Source: a virus
Taxonomy: Duplodnaviria > Caudoviricetes
Strand: one strand, 5' to 3'
IMG/VR virus record: IMGVR_UViG_3300032295_002749
Coordinates: 1-50,741 of that record
DNA length: 50,741 bases
Under the pieces are notes generated by a model, which had not been told where the DNA came from, did no database searches, and saw only the letters and a list, made by a program, of their open reading frames with translations. How positions within the stretch are numbered: the first letter of the stretch is position 1; each line of letters starts with the position of its first letter. Shown here piece after piece: positions 37,237 to 46,358 of this stretch. The translations under genes and the position numbers were made by a program.

Positions 37237-39132
37237 ATGTCTCTACTCACCAGAAAATCAGACTTAAAATTACTTAAGTACGGACAAGATCGACCAGGTG
37301 GGGGTAATAGCGGACAACCATATATCCAAAATAACATTAATAATCCTAAAGATATTTTAGGATTTGACGATGGCCTGGTTAGAGGTGGAGTTGTTGGTGC
37401 TGCTAGAGCCTCTTCAAAAGACTCAATTCGTATAGGAAAATGGCTTAAAGACTTTCCAAAAGGACCGTTATGGATTGTTAAACAAACGGGCTTACAAAGA
37501 TCTAATCCACGATTAGAATCACCAATTATTCCTTCATTTCCTGCTGAACCTACTCGCTACTACAATTTTGGTTCAAACACATTAACTCAAATACCCGTTA
37601 ATGCATTTGGTATTCATTTTGATAGACATGGGTTACTCCCTATACAATCTGCAAACACCAAATATCTAGCAGTAGCTCAAGCCAATAATAAAAATTTCGG
37701 AGCTAATAATAGATTAATAAAATTAAAAAGTCAATTAATAGATTCTAACACTTCTGCTCCTCCTTCATTTGTTACTAAATTATTAGCTAAAGCTACTACT
37801 TTTTTAAATAGTAATCTAGGTTTAAAATTACCAACACCTGGATTAACAATATACGATTACAGTGGAGGACCCGGATCTGTATATGGATTAGGAAGAACTC
37901 TTATTAAGAGGTATGATAATACTACAACAGGAATAGCTAATAAAATTCCTATCCCTTCTAATGATACTAGATTAAGTAGCAATATAGAAAACTATCAATT
38001 TGCTACTCCTATATCTACAGCATATGGTACTAGTACTAATCAAAATAGTATTAATCAAAATGTAATACCATATACTTCCCCATCTACAGCAGCACAAAAG
38101 TATGCCCAGTTAAAGAAAGTAGTAGATTCTAATACTACTAAATCAAAGAAAACTATTTTTACTCCTGTTCCTAATATTTTAAAATCAAATAACATTTCTA
38201 ATTATTCTACAAATAATGTAGAATATGAAAATGGATCAACTACAGTTAAATTACCTGGAAATTGGCGAACTCTTAATCGCGAAACTAGAGTAGGAAGTGG
38301 AAAAACTGATAGTATTAATTTAACTCCTATTTTAGAAAAAATATCAGCTGGTACTCAACGTGACAAAGTAAAAGGATTTAATATAAATGATTTAGTCAAA
38401 TTCAGAATCCAAGCATTAAATGGAGACAATCCAACTCAAGCTGACTGGATGATATTTAGAGCATATCTTACCCAATTCTCAGATAGTACGGATGCAAAAT
38501 GGACTCCTATACAGTATGCAGGTAGAGGAGAAGAATTTTATACTTATACTGGATTTACTCGCAAAATCCAAATTGGATTTAAAGTAGCTGCTTTATCAGC
38601 ATGGGAAATGTTCCCTATGTACCAAAAATTAAACTACCTTATGGGTAATTTAATGCCAGATTACTCAAATGGATTAATGAGAGGACCATTAGTAAAAATG
38701 ACAGTAGGTAACTGGATTGATGGGCAAGATGGTATTTTAAATTCATTATCTTATACTGTACCGAACGATGCTCCTTGGGAAATAGCATTAGGAACTGTAG
38801 CAGGAATTGAACCTTTAATATTACCCCACATTGTGGAAGTACAAATGCAATTTACTCCTATTGGTTCTCAAACCGCAGGAAAAAATGAAATATCTAGAAA
38901 AAACTTAAAAATAAATAATATAGCTCAAGATTATCAAAGAAATATTATTGGAAATATAACTGATACTCCTCCTAAAATATCAACTCCATTAGCGGCTATT
39001 AATCCTAACATTAATGCTTTTGAAGAAAATTTTGGTCCATTAGGAGGTCTAAACCTAAACCCTTTATCAACCCCAGCTATTAACACTAATATTAATACTT
39101 TTGAACAGAATTTTGGACCAACAGGAGGATAA
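37237..39132 (+). CDS. Baseplate / tail-tube initiator-like protein (gp48/gp54-type C-terminal domain)
   Basis: FRAYLT.FSD...A.W....YAGRGE.FYTY.GFTR.I...F.V...GPLVK.TVG...G.L.SL.Y......WE tube-fold pattern; follows the tape measure gene. Confidence 0.62.
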   Translation: MSLLTRKSDLKLLKYGQDRPGGGNSGQPYIQNNINNPKDILGFDDGLVRGGVVGAARASSKDSIRIGKWLKDFPKGPLWIVKQTGLQRSNPRLESPIIPSFPAEPTRYYNFGSNTLTQIPVNAFGIHFDRHGLLPIQSANTKYLAVAQANNKNFGANNRLIKLKSQLIDSNTSAPPSFVTKLLAKATTFLNSNLGLKLPTPGLTIYDYSGGPGSVYGLGRTLIKRYDNTTTGIANKIPIPSNDTRLSSNIENYQFATPISTAYGTSTNQNSINQNVIPYTSPSTAAQKYAQLKKVVDSNTTKSKKTIFTPVPNILKSNNISNYSTNNVEYENGSTTVKLPGNWRTLNRETRVGSGKTDSINLTPILEKISAGTQRDKVKGFNINDLVKFRIQALNGDNPTQADWMIFRAYLTQFSDSTDAKWTPIQYAGRGEEFYTYTGFTRKIQIGFKVAALSAWEMFPMYQKLNYLMGNLMPDYSNGLMRGPLVKMTVGNWIDGQDGILNSLSYTVPNDAPWEIALGTVAGIEPLILPHIVEVQMQFTPIGSQTAGKNEISRKNLKINNIAQDYQRNIIGNITDTPPKISTPLAAINPNINAFEENFGPLGGLNLNPLSTPAINTNINTFEQNFGPTGG

Positions 39133-39135
39133 TAT

Positions 39136-39444
39136 ATGAATCGCTACGATAACCCAACCATATTAACAACACAATATACAAATAGACCTTACTATAAGGG
39201 TAAATTTTATCCAAATATACCCTTATCTGAAAGTGATGTATATGTTATTACAACTGTTGGCGATAGACTTGATTCCCTAGCTTATTCTTATTATAATGAT
39301 TCTACCTTATGGTGGGTGATATCAATAGCAAATAATAATATTACTAAAGGAGCATTATATCCTACTCCTGGCACTCAATTAAGAATACCAACTGATATAT
39401 TTAGTGTTTTAGAATTATATGATCAATTTAATCAAAGAAGATAA
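39136..39444 (+). CDS. LysM-type baseplate wedge protein (gp53 / tail-X-like)
   Basis: GDRLDSLAYSYYNDSTLWWVISIANN...PGTQLRIP. Confidence 0.85.
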   Translation: MNRYDNPTILTTQYTNRPYYKGKFYPNIPLSESDVYVITTVGDRLDSLAYSYYNDSTLWWVISIANNNITKGALYPTPGTQLRIPTDIFSVLELYDQFNQRR

Positions 39445-39450
39445 AATGTT

Positions 39451-42450
39451 ATGTCAATATTTCAATCAACATTTAGGGCGTCAACTGCAAACCAAATAAG
39501 GGCAAGACAAACTGCTATAGCTAACCGTACTCCTGCTAGTATACAATACTATAATTCACGCAATGCTTGGATTAGAATGAGTTCGGCTGTTAATGTTGGA
39601 GGAAAGAATACTTTAGCTTCTCAATATGTTTTACAAGGAGGTACTCCTACTAGTGTTTTAGGTAAATCTACCCCTAAATCAGGAGTAGGAAACACTACAG
39701 CTAACGCTTACAGTACAGTATCACCGGGTGGAGTTAAACATGATTTAGGAATTCGCCCCATGCCCGGCATTACAGGTATAGAAGTTGCATCCAGATCAGC
39801 ATATGGTTCTTTAAGATCAATAGTAGTTAATTATGTAGCCTGGGACATAAAACAACTAGAAGACCTTGAATTATTATACATGCGCCCAGGGTATACTGTA
39901 TTGATAGAATGGGGATGGGCTCCTTATTTAACTAGCGGTGGGTCAATCTCATCTCAAATTAGCTATACTGATATAATTAGCAAAACTCCTTCTCAAGATC
40001 AAATTTATAAAGAATTATTTACAAAATCTGAAGGTGGTAATTATGAAGCAACATACGGTAAAATCCAAAATTATAGTTGGAAAGCACGCCCCGATGGTGG
40101 TTATGATTGTTCAACAACCATAATTACTATTGGTGAAATAATGGATTCATTAAAAGTAAATTTCTCTCCATTTAATATCCCCTCTGTAGAAACAAACGGA
40201 ATATTAGCTAATAGATTAATAGCAAATGATACAACGAGGCTTTCATCAGTTCAAAATGCAATATCTGGAGCTTACTCACAAAATGTAATATCGGGAATAT
40301 GTGCTGAATTATATGAATTGACTAAAACTGCTAAGAATAAAGATAAAGTAGAAATAAAAGAAGGTATATATGAAGTAATTGAAAGAGATACTAAAGTTAC
40401 TTATACCCTATATAAATCTTCTATAAAAGAAGCTAGCCCTGAAAACAATAATACTGAAGCTGCGGGAAATGTAGCTATTTATATTACTTTAGAATCATTT
40501 GTTAATATATTAAACAGATATGTTTTAATACATGCTACCGATGCTAGTGGCGATCCTAATCCATATATTAAACTAGATACTAATTCCTCTACCTTAACTA
40601 CATTACCTACTGGATCTGCAGGAGGTCAACCCTTACTATGCTTAGGCCATACTCTTCAATTATCCACCAACCCTTCAATCTGCCTAATAGCAAACCCAGC
40701 GTGGGAAAATCCAAGTGAGAATCTAGGCATATCCTCAACATATGGGAATAGATTTAAAACCTTTATACAAACAGCAATAAGTAAAAATAAAGGATATTTT
40801 TATAACAATGAATGGCAAGAAAATAAATCACAATATGGAATTATAGGAAATATTTTTGTAAATTTAAATTTTATACGTTCTCTAGTTACAGATAAAAATG
40901 TAGAAGCATTAGATAAAAAAGAAAAAAATGATATCTCCTTAGCTACCCTTATTAAAGGGATATTGTCAGGTATTAATGATTCTATAGGCAACGTTGCTAA
41001 TTTATCTCTCCATTGTGATCCCATGGAGGGAAACGTTATTAGAATTATAGATATTAACTATGTGGATGCTGTGGGTAGAAAAGAAGCATATGATAATGCT
41101 TTTGTATTTGAAATGCAAAAAGTTGATTCACCAAACGGTTCTATAGTTAGAAGTTATAGCTTTGAATCTCAAATATTTCCTGAACAAAGTGCAATAGTAG
41201 CAATTGGTGCTCAAGTTCAAGCTGGAGCGCCTGGTTCTGATAGTGGTACCTTAATTGACTTTAATAAGAATATAACAGATAGAATAATGCCCGCTAAAAT
41301 TGTTCCTGGGCCTGTTATTAAAGACCCAAATGAACGATTTAAAAAGGAATCTGGGGCTTTTAAAGGTAACCTTGAAATATTAACAACTTTCATTGGAGAC
41401 CCCGATAAAATCCCAGTTGGTACTGAAGAAGAAAAAGACACAACAGTTAATGTAAATGAAGCTGCTAAATACTCTGGTGCTTTAAGAGATATTATTAATT
41501 ATTTTAAAAATAATTTTAAAAATAATAACAGAAATAGAGGTATTATTCCTACCAAATTATCTTTAATAGTAGATGGTATAGGAGGGATAATAATAGGAAA
41601 TATGTTTCGAATTCCTGATCGAATGCTTCCTACAGGATATAAAGGGGATAAAGGAACCGGTACTAAGATAGGATTTTTAGTTACAGAACTAAAACATTCT
41701 ATTCAAAATAATGATTGGACTACTACTATAAATTGTCAATATATTATTTTAGATGAACCTGGAGGGTCATCTATAGCAATAAAAAATGTAGTAGCATATG
41801 TTCAAAATAATTCCAATTATGCTGCTATAAAACCATCAGCAATCCCTCCAGGATTAGCTGGAGATACAAGAGCTATGTTAATAGCAGGAAATGCTATATT
41901 TGGTAATAATCCTGAAGTAAAAGGAGTATGTGCTAGTTACACATACAATTTAGCTAGAGCATATACTGAGGCTTTAAATAATAAGGCACCTTCTGGAACT
42001 CTAGTAGGAAGTGGAGGAAATGCAAATGATCTCGGTTATAGACTTAGTTTAGAACGTTTAGGATATAAACAATATAATATAGGAACCATAAGTCAAGCCG
42101 ACCTAATTAATATAATTAATAATGGGGGAGGAAGTGGACCGTGGCAAGCAGGAGACATAATTAACTATAGATCTGTAATACCTTCATCTACCCACCCCAA
42201 TGCTTACCAATATGGACATACTCAAATTTATACAGGTGGTATATTAAATGGTAGTAATGGGGTTCCATGGGCTTCTAGTAAAATAGCTAATTATGGAACA
42301 GGCATGGTTTATTCTTCTCTTCCTGGACCTTTTGAAGTATATGTATTTAAAAAAGCAGTTGGGTCTTCTATAAATGGATCTCCATTAAGAGGTCCAGCCC
42401 CTACTTCTGGAGGTATTCCTTTATTTAATAGTCCATTTTCTGGTGGATAA
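39451..42450 (+). CDS. Baseplate hub-like protein with C-terminal CHAP/NlpC-type peptidoglycan hydrolase domain
   Basis: RPMPGIT...GSLR...V..VAW...QL..LELLYMRPGYTVLIEWGW; L.L.VDGIGG...GN.F; V..LKHSI....W.T.I hub end; C-terminal CASY...GNAND...QAGDII...YGHTQIY. Confidence 0.68.
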   Translation: MSIFQSTFRASTANQIRARQTAIANRTPASIQYYNSRNAWIRMSSAVNVGGKNTLASQYVLQGGTPTSVLGKSTPKSGVGNTTANAYSTVSPGGVKHDLGIRPMPGITGIEVASRSAYGSLRSIVVNYVAWDIKQLEDLELLYMRPGYTVLIEWGWAPYLTSGGSISSQISYTDIISKTPSQDQIYKELFTKSEGGNYEATYGKIQNYSWKARPDGGYDCSTTIITIGEIMDSLKVNFSPFNIPSVETNGILANRLIANDTTRLSSVQNAISGAYSQNVISGICAELYELTKTAKNKDKVEIKEGIYEVIERDTKVTYTLYKSSIKEASPENNNTEAAGNVAIYITLESFVNILNRYVLIHATDASGDPNPYIKLDTNSSTLTTLPTGSAGGQPLLCLGHTLQLSTNPSICLIANPAWENPSENLGISSTYGNRFKTFIQTAISKNKGYFYNNEWQENKSQYGIIGNIFVNLNFIRSLVTDKNVEALDKKEKNDISLATLIKGILSGINDSIGNVANLSLHCDPMEGNVIRIIDINYVDAVGRKEAYDNAFVFEMQKVDSPNGSIVRSYSFESQIFPEQSAIVAIGAQVQAGAPGSDSGTLIDFNKNITDRIMPAKIVPGPVIKDPNERFKKESGAFKGNLEILTTFIGDPDKIPVGTEEEKDTTVNVNEAAKYSGALRDIINYFKNNFKNNNRNRGIIPTKLSLIVDGIGGIIIGNMFRIPDRMLPTGYKGDKGTGTKIGFLVTELKHSIQNNDWTTTINCQYIILDEPGGSSIAIKNVVAYVQNNSNYAAIKPSAIPPGLAGDTRAMLIAGNAIFGNNPEVKGVCASYTYNLARAYTEALNNKAPSGTLVGSGGNANDLGYRLSLERLGYKQYNIGTISQADLINIINNGGGSGPWQAGDIINYRSVIPSSTHPNAYQYGHTQIYTGGILNGSNGVPWASSKIANYGTGMVYSSLPGPFEVYVFKKAVGSSINGSPLRGPAPTSGGIPLFNSPFSGG

Positions 42451-42462
42451 AAAAATTAAAAA

Positions 42463-43002
42463 ATGATAATCCCATCTAACATTATAGAAGATAATTTATA
42501 TACTATAGGAGGAAAATTTATTTATAAAGATACCTATAAAGACTATCAAGGGTATTATTATGAAATAAATAGTAGATTCTATGCAGGAAAAGAATTTAAT
42601 ATTAACTCAAAAGAATTAATCCAAAATAATTCCTCAGAAGTAGACCCTTTACTAGCTAATCCCGCAACGTCAACATACGGAAAATTAACTAAAGTAAAAA
42701 TACAACAAAATAAATCTACATCTATACCCTTTGTACCAACTGATGTTGATTTTCAAGATGGATATAAAATAAGATATTTTGCAAAAAAATTAAATATAAC
42801 TCCTATCTTTATTAAAGAAATAAATAAAGTTGATTTTTATAAACTTAGTCAAGATCCATTGTATCAAACTTTAGAAGTAGAATACCAATTTAACTTTACA
42901 AATCAACAAATAGCAGAACTAAATAAAAAAATGCCAGGCTTAGGAACATATATCCAAGGATATGTTCCCCCAACTTCTTCAGATGAAAGTTTGCAGGCAT
43001 AA
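42463..43002 (+). CDS. Hypothetical baseplate-region protein
   Basis: 179 aa; LYT.G..F......Y.GYY and PT..D...G...RYF.K motifs. Confidence 0.6.
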   Translation: MIIPSNIIEDNLYTIGGKFIYKDTYKDYQGYYYEINSRFYAGKEFNINSKELIQNNSSEVDPLLANPATSTYGKLTKVKIQQNKSTSIPFVPTDVDFQDGYKIRYFAKKLNITPIFIKEINKVDFYKLSQDPLYQTLEVEYQFNFTNQQIAELNKKMPGLGTYIQGYVPPTSSDESLQA

Positions 43003-43020
43003 ATTTTTTTATTATATTTA
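42990..43020 (+). promoter_or_regulatory. Bacteroidota-like promoter TTTG-N19-TATATTTA
   Basis: TTTG 42990-42993; TATATTTA 43013-43020; 19 nt before the polymerase ATG. Confidence 0.6.
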
Positions 43021-43039
43021 AGGATAAAGGTTTTGAAAT

Positions 43040-44344
43040 ATGTTTTATATTATTGAACGTAAAGATCAATTAGATAAATTAGGTCCGTTTGAAGATTGCT
43101 TCATTCATCTCATTCCACGTAACAGTAATTTTCATCCTTCGCTTACTCAACTAAGTCTAGTTTATATTAGACCACTTGATGGGAGAAAAGGATACATGCT
43201 GTGTATTGATCACAACGAAGCATTTAAGTTAAATCAAATTGATGTTGTAAAATGGTTATCTAATAACGGCCGATTATGGTTACTAGATAAGAAAGCAGCT
43301 ATGCATTGGGTTTATCCTATTAGACATAAGTTATTTGATGCTCACTTACTTAAATTTGTTGATTTAACTGATGCATTATCTGATTCTCCGTGTCTTGATT
43401 TCTATTACATGCATCATAGAAATTTACCTAATATAAGTTGTTTAATACCAATTAGTAAACATTTTGAAGAATGTGAAAAGATATTTGAAGCAACACTGCC
43501 TGTAATTAAAAATAATCCTATTACTCTACAGTTTGAATTTCAAAATAACAACACCACAGATATATTTTATAAAATTGAAAAAAACGGTATTAAATTAGAT
43601 AAAAACTGCTTTATAGAACACTATAAAGATAAGATTGACCATCCCGAATTTAATATTAGTAAGGGCAGAATATATACTCAATATAATTTATACACAACCA
43701 CCTCACGCCCATCTAATACATTTAATAACATTAACTTTGCAGCATTAAATAAAGATAATGGCGAGCGCACATGCTACAAACCAGAAAATGATGCATTTAT
43801 TGAAATCGATTTTCAAGGATATCACCCACGATTGATTGGTGAAATGGTTAATTTTGAGTTTCCTAAAGATAAAAACACATATGAATATCTTGGTGAAATA
43901 TTAGGTGTATCTAAACAAGAAGCTAAAGAATTAACATTTAAACAATTATATGGTGGTGTTTGGAGTGAATATCAAGATAAACCCTTCTTTAAACAAGTAA
44001 ATATGTTTATTGATAATATATGGGATACTTATCAATACGACAATTCATATTCATCTGCTAATAAGATATTTATACGTGGTGATGAAAACATTACTCGCAA
44101 TAAATTATTCAACTATATTGTTCAGAGCTATGAAACATCAACTAATGTACAATTACTTAGATCAGTATTAGACTATTTAGATTTAGAAAATAAAAAAACC
44201 AAATTAGTATTATACACATATGATGCATTTTTATTCGACTATAGTAAAGAAGATGGTAATATAATATCCGACCTAACCAAAATCCTAGAATATCCTGTAA
44301 GTATAAAGCAAGGCAAATCATATCACGGCTTAATTAACCTTTAA
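43040..44344 (+). CDS. polA: Compact, divergent family A DNA polymerase
   Basis: IEKNGI, TTTSRPS, motif A IEIDFQGYHPRL, motif B AKELTFKQLYG, NYIVQS, motif C YTYDAFLFD; only 434 aa. Confidence 0.82.
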   Translation: MFYIIERKDQLDKLGPFEDCFIHLIPRNSNFHPSLTQLSLVYIRPLDGRKGYMLCIDHNEAFKLNQIDVVKWLSNNGRLWLLDKKAAMHWVYPIRHKLFDAHLLKFVDLTDALSDSPCLDFYYMHHRNLPNISCLIPISKHFEECEKIFEATLPVIKNNPITLQFEFQNNNTTDIFYKIEKNGIKLDKNCFIEHYKDKIDHPEFNISKGRIYTQYNLYTTTSRPSNTFNNINFAALNKDNGERTCYKPENDAFIEIDFQGYHPRLIGEMVNFEFPKDKNTYEYLGEILGVSKQEAKELTFKQLYGGVWSEYQDKPFFKQVNMFIDNIWDTYQYDNSYSSANKIFIRGDENITRNKLFNYIVQSYETSTNVQLLRSVLDYLDLENKKTKLVLYTYDAFLFDYSKEDGNIISDLTKILEYPVSIKQGKSYHGLINL

Positions 44345-44352
44345 ATATTTAT
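44345..44352 (+). promoter_or_regulatory. ATATTTAT motif inside the replication module
   Basis: Occupies nearly the whole 9-nt gap; 1 nt before ATG 44354. Confidence 0.45.
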
Positions 44353-44353
44353 T

Positions 44354-44770
44354 ATGGAAAATATATTTTTAGACTTGAACAAATTATTCTGTACCTTTAC
44401 CACACCAGACGAACTTGATGCTACAATTAGCACAATTAACCGTCGTTATTCAATACTATATAATAAAGTATTCATCCTTGAGTCACCTCAAAGCAAGGAA
44501 TTGATGTGTACATATAATATTGATACAGGTAATGTAGCTGAAAGTCCATTACCTAATACAATTTTATTACACCGTAAGAAAGAATCAAATACATTATATA
44601 CTATTAATGCACTTAATGCTTTAATTAGATCATTAAATGATGGTATGTTAGATACTAGATTTATTGTTAATTGGGCTGATTATAAAAATTGCATATTACT
44701 CAATACTGGCCCTGAATTACGCAAATTAGACACTGCTATTCATAAGATTATAGATTTATCTAATCACTAA
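44354..44770 (+). CDS. Hypothetical protein of the replication module
   Basis: 138 aa; LFCTF, NTILLHRKKESNTLYTINALN, W.DY.N..LL; no family recognised. Confidence 0.7.
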   Translation: MENIFLDLNKLFCTFTTPDELDATISTINRRYSILYNKVFILESPQSKELMCTYNIDTGNVAESPLPNTILLHRKKESNTLYTINALNALIRSLNDGMLDTRFIVNWADYKNCILLNTGPELRKLDTAIHKIIDLSNH

Positions 44771-45480
44771 TGATTAAACTATTAGATATAGCTAATCAAG
44801 TTTTAAAAGAGCAACAACAAGTTGATGAAGCAAGTCTTAAATCAAAACTTATTGCCCCTTTATTTGCAACAGCTGTTGCAACAGCTGCTGGAGGGGCAGC
44901 TTATCTTAATCGTAATAAAGACCTTGACAAGCCAATATCAGTAGATATCCAATCCCAATACGAAAAAGCAAACCCAGGATTTTCATTTTTTAATTTAAAT
45001 GAAAAAAAAGGAATAGAATTATATGCTGAAGTATGTCAAGCATTCATTGATAAAAGGTCTCCAAATCCACTTGGTATAACAGGAGATATGATGGCGAAGG
45101 CTGCTGCTGATGTATTGAAGTCTACAAAAAAATACGTCCCACCAGAATTAGCATTAGCACAGTTAGTTGTGGAAGGAGGAATTGGAAATGATAATAAAAA
45201 TAGTAGACCAATAAAATATAAGAACCCATACAATATAGGAAACGTAGATAGTGGAAAAAATAGAAAATTTTCAAGTGTTTACAATGCAATAAAAGCCTAC
45301 TACGAATTAGTAGCTACAGATTACCTCTCAGGACAATCACCAAGTAATTTAATTTCTAATTTTATAAATACAGCAGGTAATAGGTATGCTTCAGCGGCTA
45401 GTTATGAATCAATGTTAAAGTCTGTTGCCAATAGAGCACATAGTATTGCTGATGATATAAAAAAAGAAGCGACTAAATAG
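44770..45480 (+). CDS. Glucosaminidase / lysozyme-fold peptidoglycan hydrolase with N-terminal targeting-like peptide and hydrophobic segment
   Basis: VPPELALAQLVVEGG, NPYNIG, F.SV...I.AYY, RYAS...Y GH73-like motifs; LIAPLFATAVATAAGGAAYL segment. Confidence 0.72.
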   Translation: MIKLLDIANQVLKEQQQVDEASLKSKLIAPLFATAVATAAGGAAYLNRNKDLDKPISVDIQSQYEKANPGFSFFNLNEKKGIELYAEVCQAFIDKRSPNPLGITGDMMAKAAADVLKSTKKYVPPELALAQLVVEGGIGNDNKNSRPIKYKNPYNIGNVDSGKNRKFSSVYNAIKAYYELVATDYLSGQSPSNLISNFINTAGNRYASAASYESMLKSVANRAHSIADDIKKEATK

Positions 45481-45512
45481 TTTGGTCGGCCAAACAAACA
45501 ATCTTATATTTA
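45481..45512 (+). promoter_or_regulatory. Bacteroidota-like promoter TTTG-N20-TATATTTA
   Basis: TTTG 45481-45484 within the inverted repeat GTTTGG-TCGG-CCAAAC; TATATTTA 45505-45512. Confidence 0.6.
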
Positions 45513-45531
45513 ATTCTAAATTATAATAGTT

Positions 45532-46356
45532 ATGGATCTTAATCTGGTAAAGCAGAAGTTAGCCGCTGCTCAAAATAAAGGGCAACAACGTGAAAAAATT
45601 GATTACAGTAAAATTTTCTTCAAACCAAAAGCCGGTAAGTATCAAGTACGTATCCTACCTAACAAGTATGATAAATCATGGCCTATTCGTGAAGTACAAT
45701 TCCATTATGGATTTGCTAAAGGACCAATTTTAGCTCTTACCAATTGGCAAGAAGCTGATCCAATTGCTGATTTCGCTAAAAATCTTCGTAAATCATCTGA
45801 TAAAGAAGATTGGCAGTTGGCAAACAAAATTAGCCCTAAATCTCGTTTCTTTGCAGCTGTACTAGTACGTGGTGAAGAACATTTGGGTGCTCGTTTGTGG
45901 GAATTTGGTAAATTGACCCATGATCAACTTCTTGGCATTGCTGCTGATGATGATTATGGTGATTTTACAGATATCACTGATGGTCGTGATTTTACAATCG
46001 AAGCAACTGAAGATATGGTTGCTGGTAGGAAAGGTATTAAATGTACTCTTCGTCCTAAAGTAAAATCAACTCCGATTTCTGAAGATGCTACATTGGTAGA
46101 AAAAGCACTTGAAGAACAACCTGATATCCTTGCTATTAATCGTAAATACTCTTATGATCAACTTAAAGAAGTGTTGACTAAGTGGTTAAATCCTGAAGAT
46201 GAATCAACATCCGAAACCCCATCTGCACCTAAAGTAGAAAGTAGTGATGATTTTATTGCTGAAATGAATAAACCAGTAACACCTGCTTATTCACTCGAGA
46301 CAGCACCTGCTAAAACAAGTAATGCAGATAAATTTAATGACCTATTTAACGATTAA
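45532..46356 (+). CDS. Single-stranded DNA-binding protein (T4 gp32-like)
   Basis: FFKP..G...VRILP, HY, DPI..F, LWEFGK, D.TD...GRDF; acidic tail ADKFNDLFND. Confidence 0.82.
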   Translation: MDLNLVKQKLAAAQNKGQQREKIDYSKIFFKPKAGKYQVRILPNKYDKSWPIREVQFHYGFAKGPILALTNWQEADPIADFAKNLRKSSDKEDWQLANKISPKSRFFAAVLVRGEEHLGARLWEFGKLTHDQLLGIAADDDYGDFTDITDGRDFTIEATEDMVAGRKGIKCTLRPKVKSTPISEDATLVEKALEEQPDILAINRKYSYDQLKEVLTKWLNPEDESTSETPSAPKVESSDDFIAEMNKPVTPAYSLETAPAKTSNADKFNDLFND

Positions 46357-46358
46357 TA

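Noticed and set aside
29018-42450. Bacterial contractile injection system, tailocin or integrated prophage
   Set aside because: Head-neck genes and a phage-type replication module flank the tail genes; no host housekeeping genes, integrase or att site are seen.
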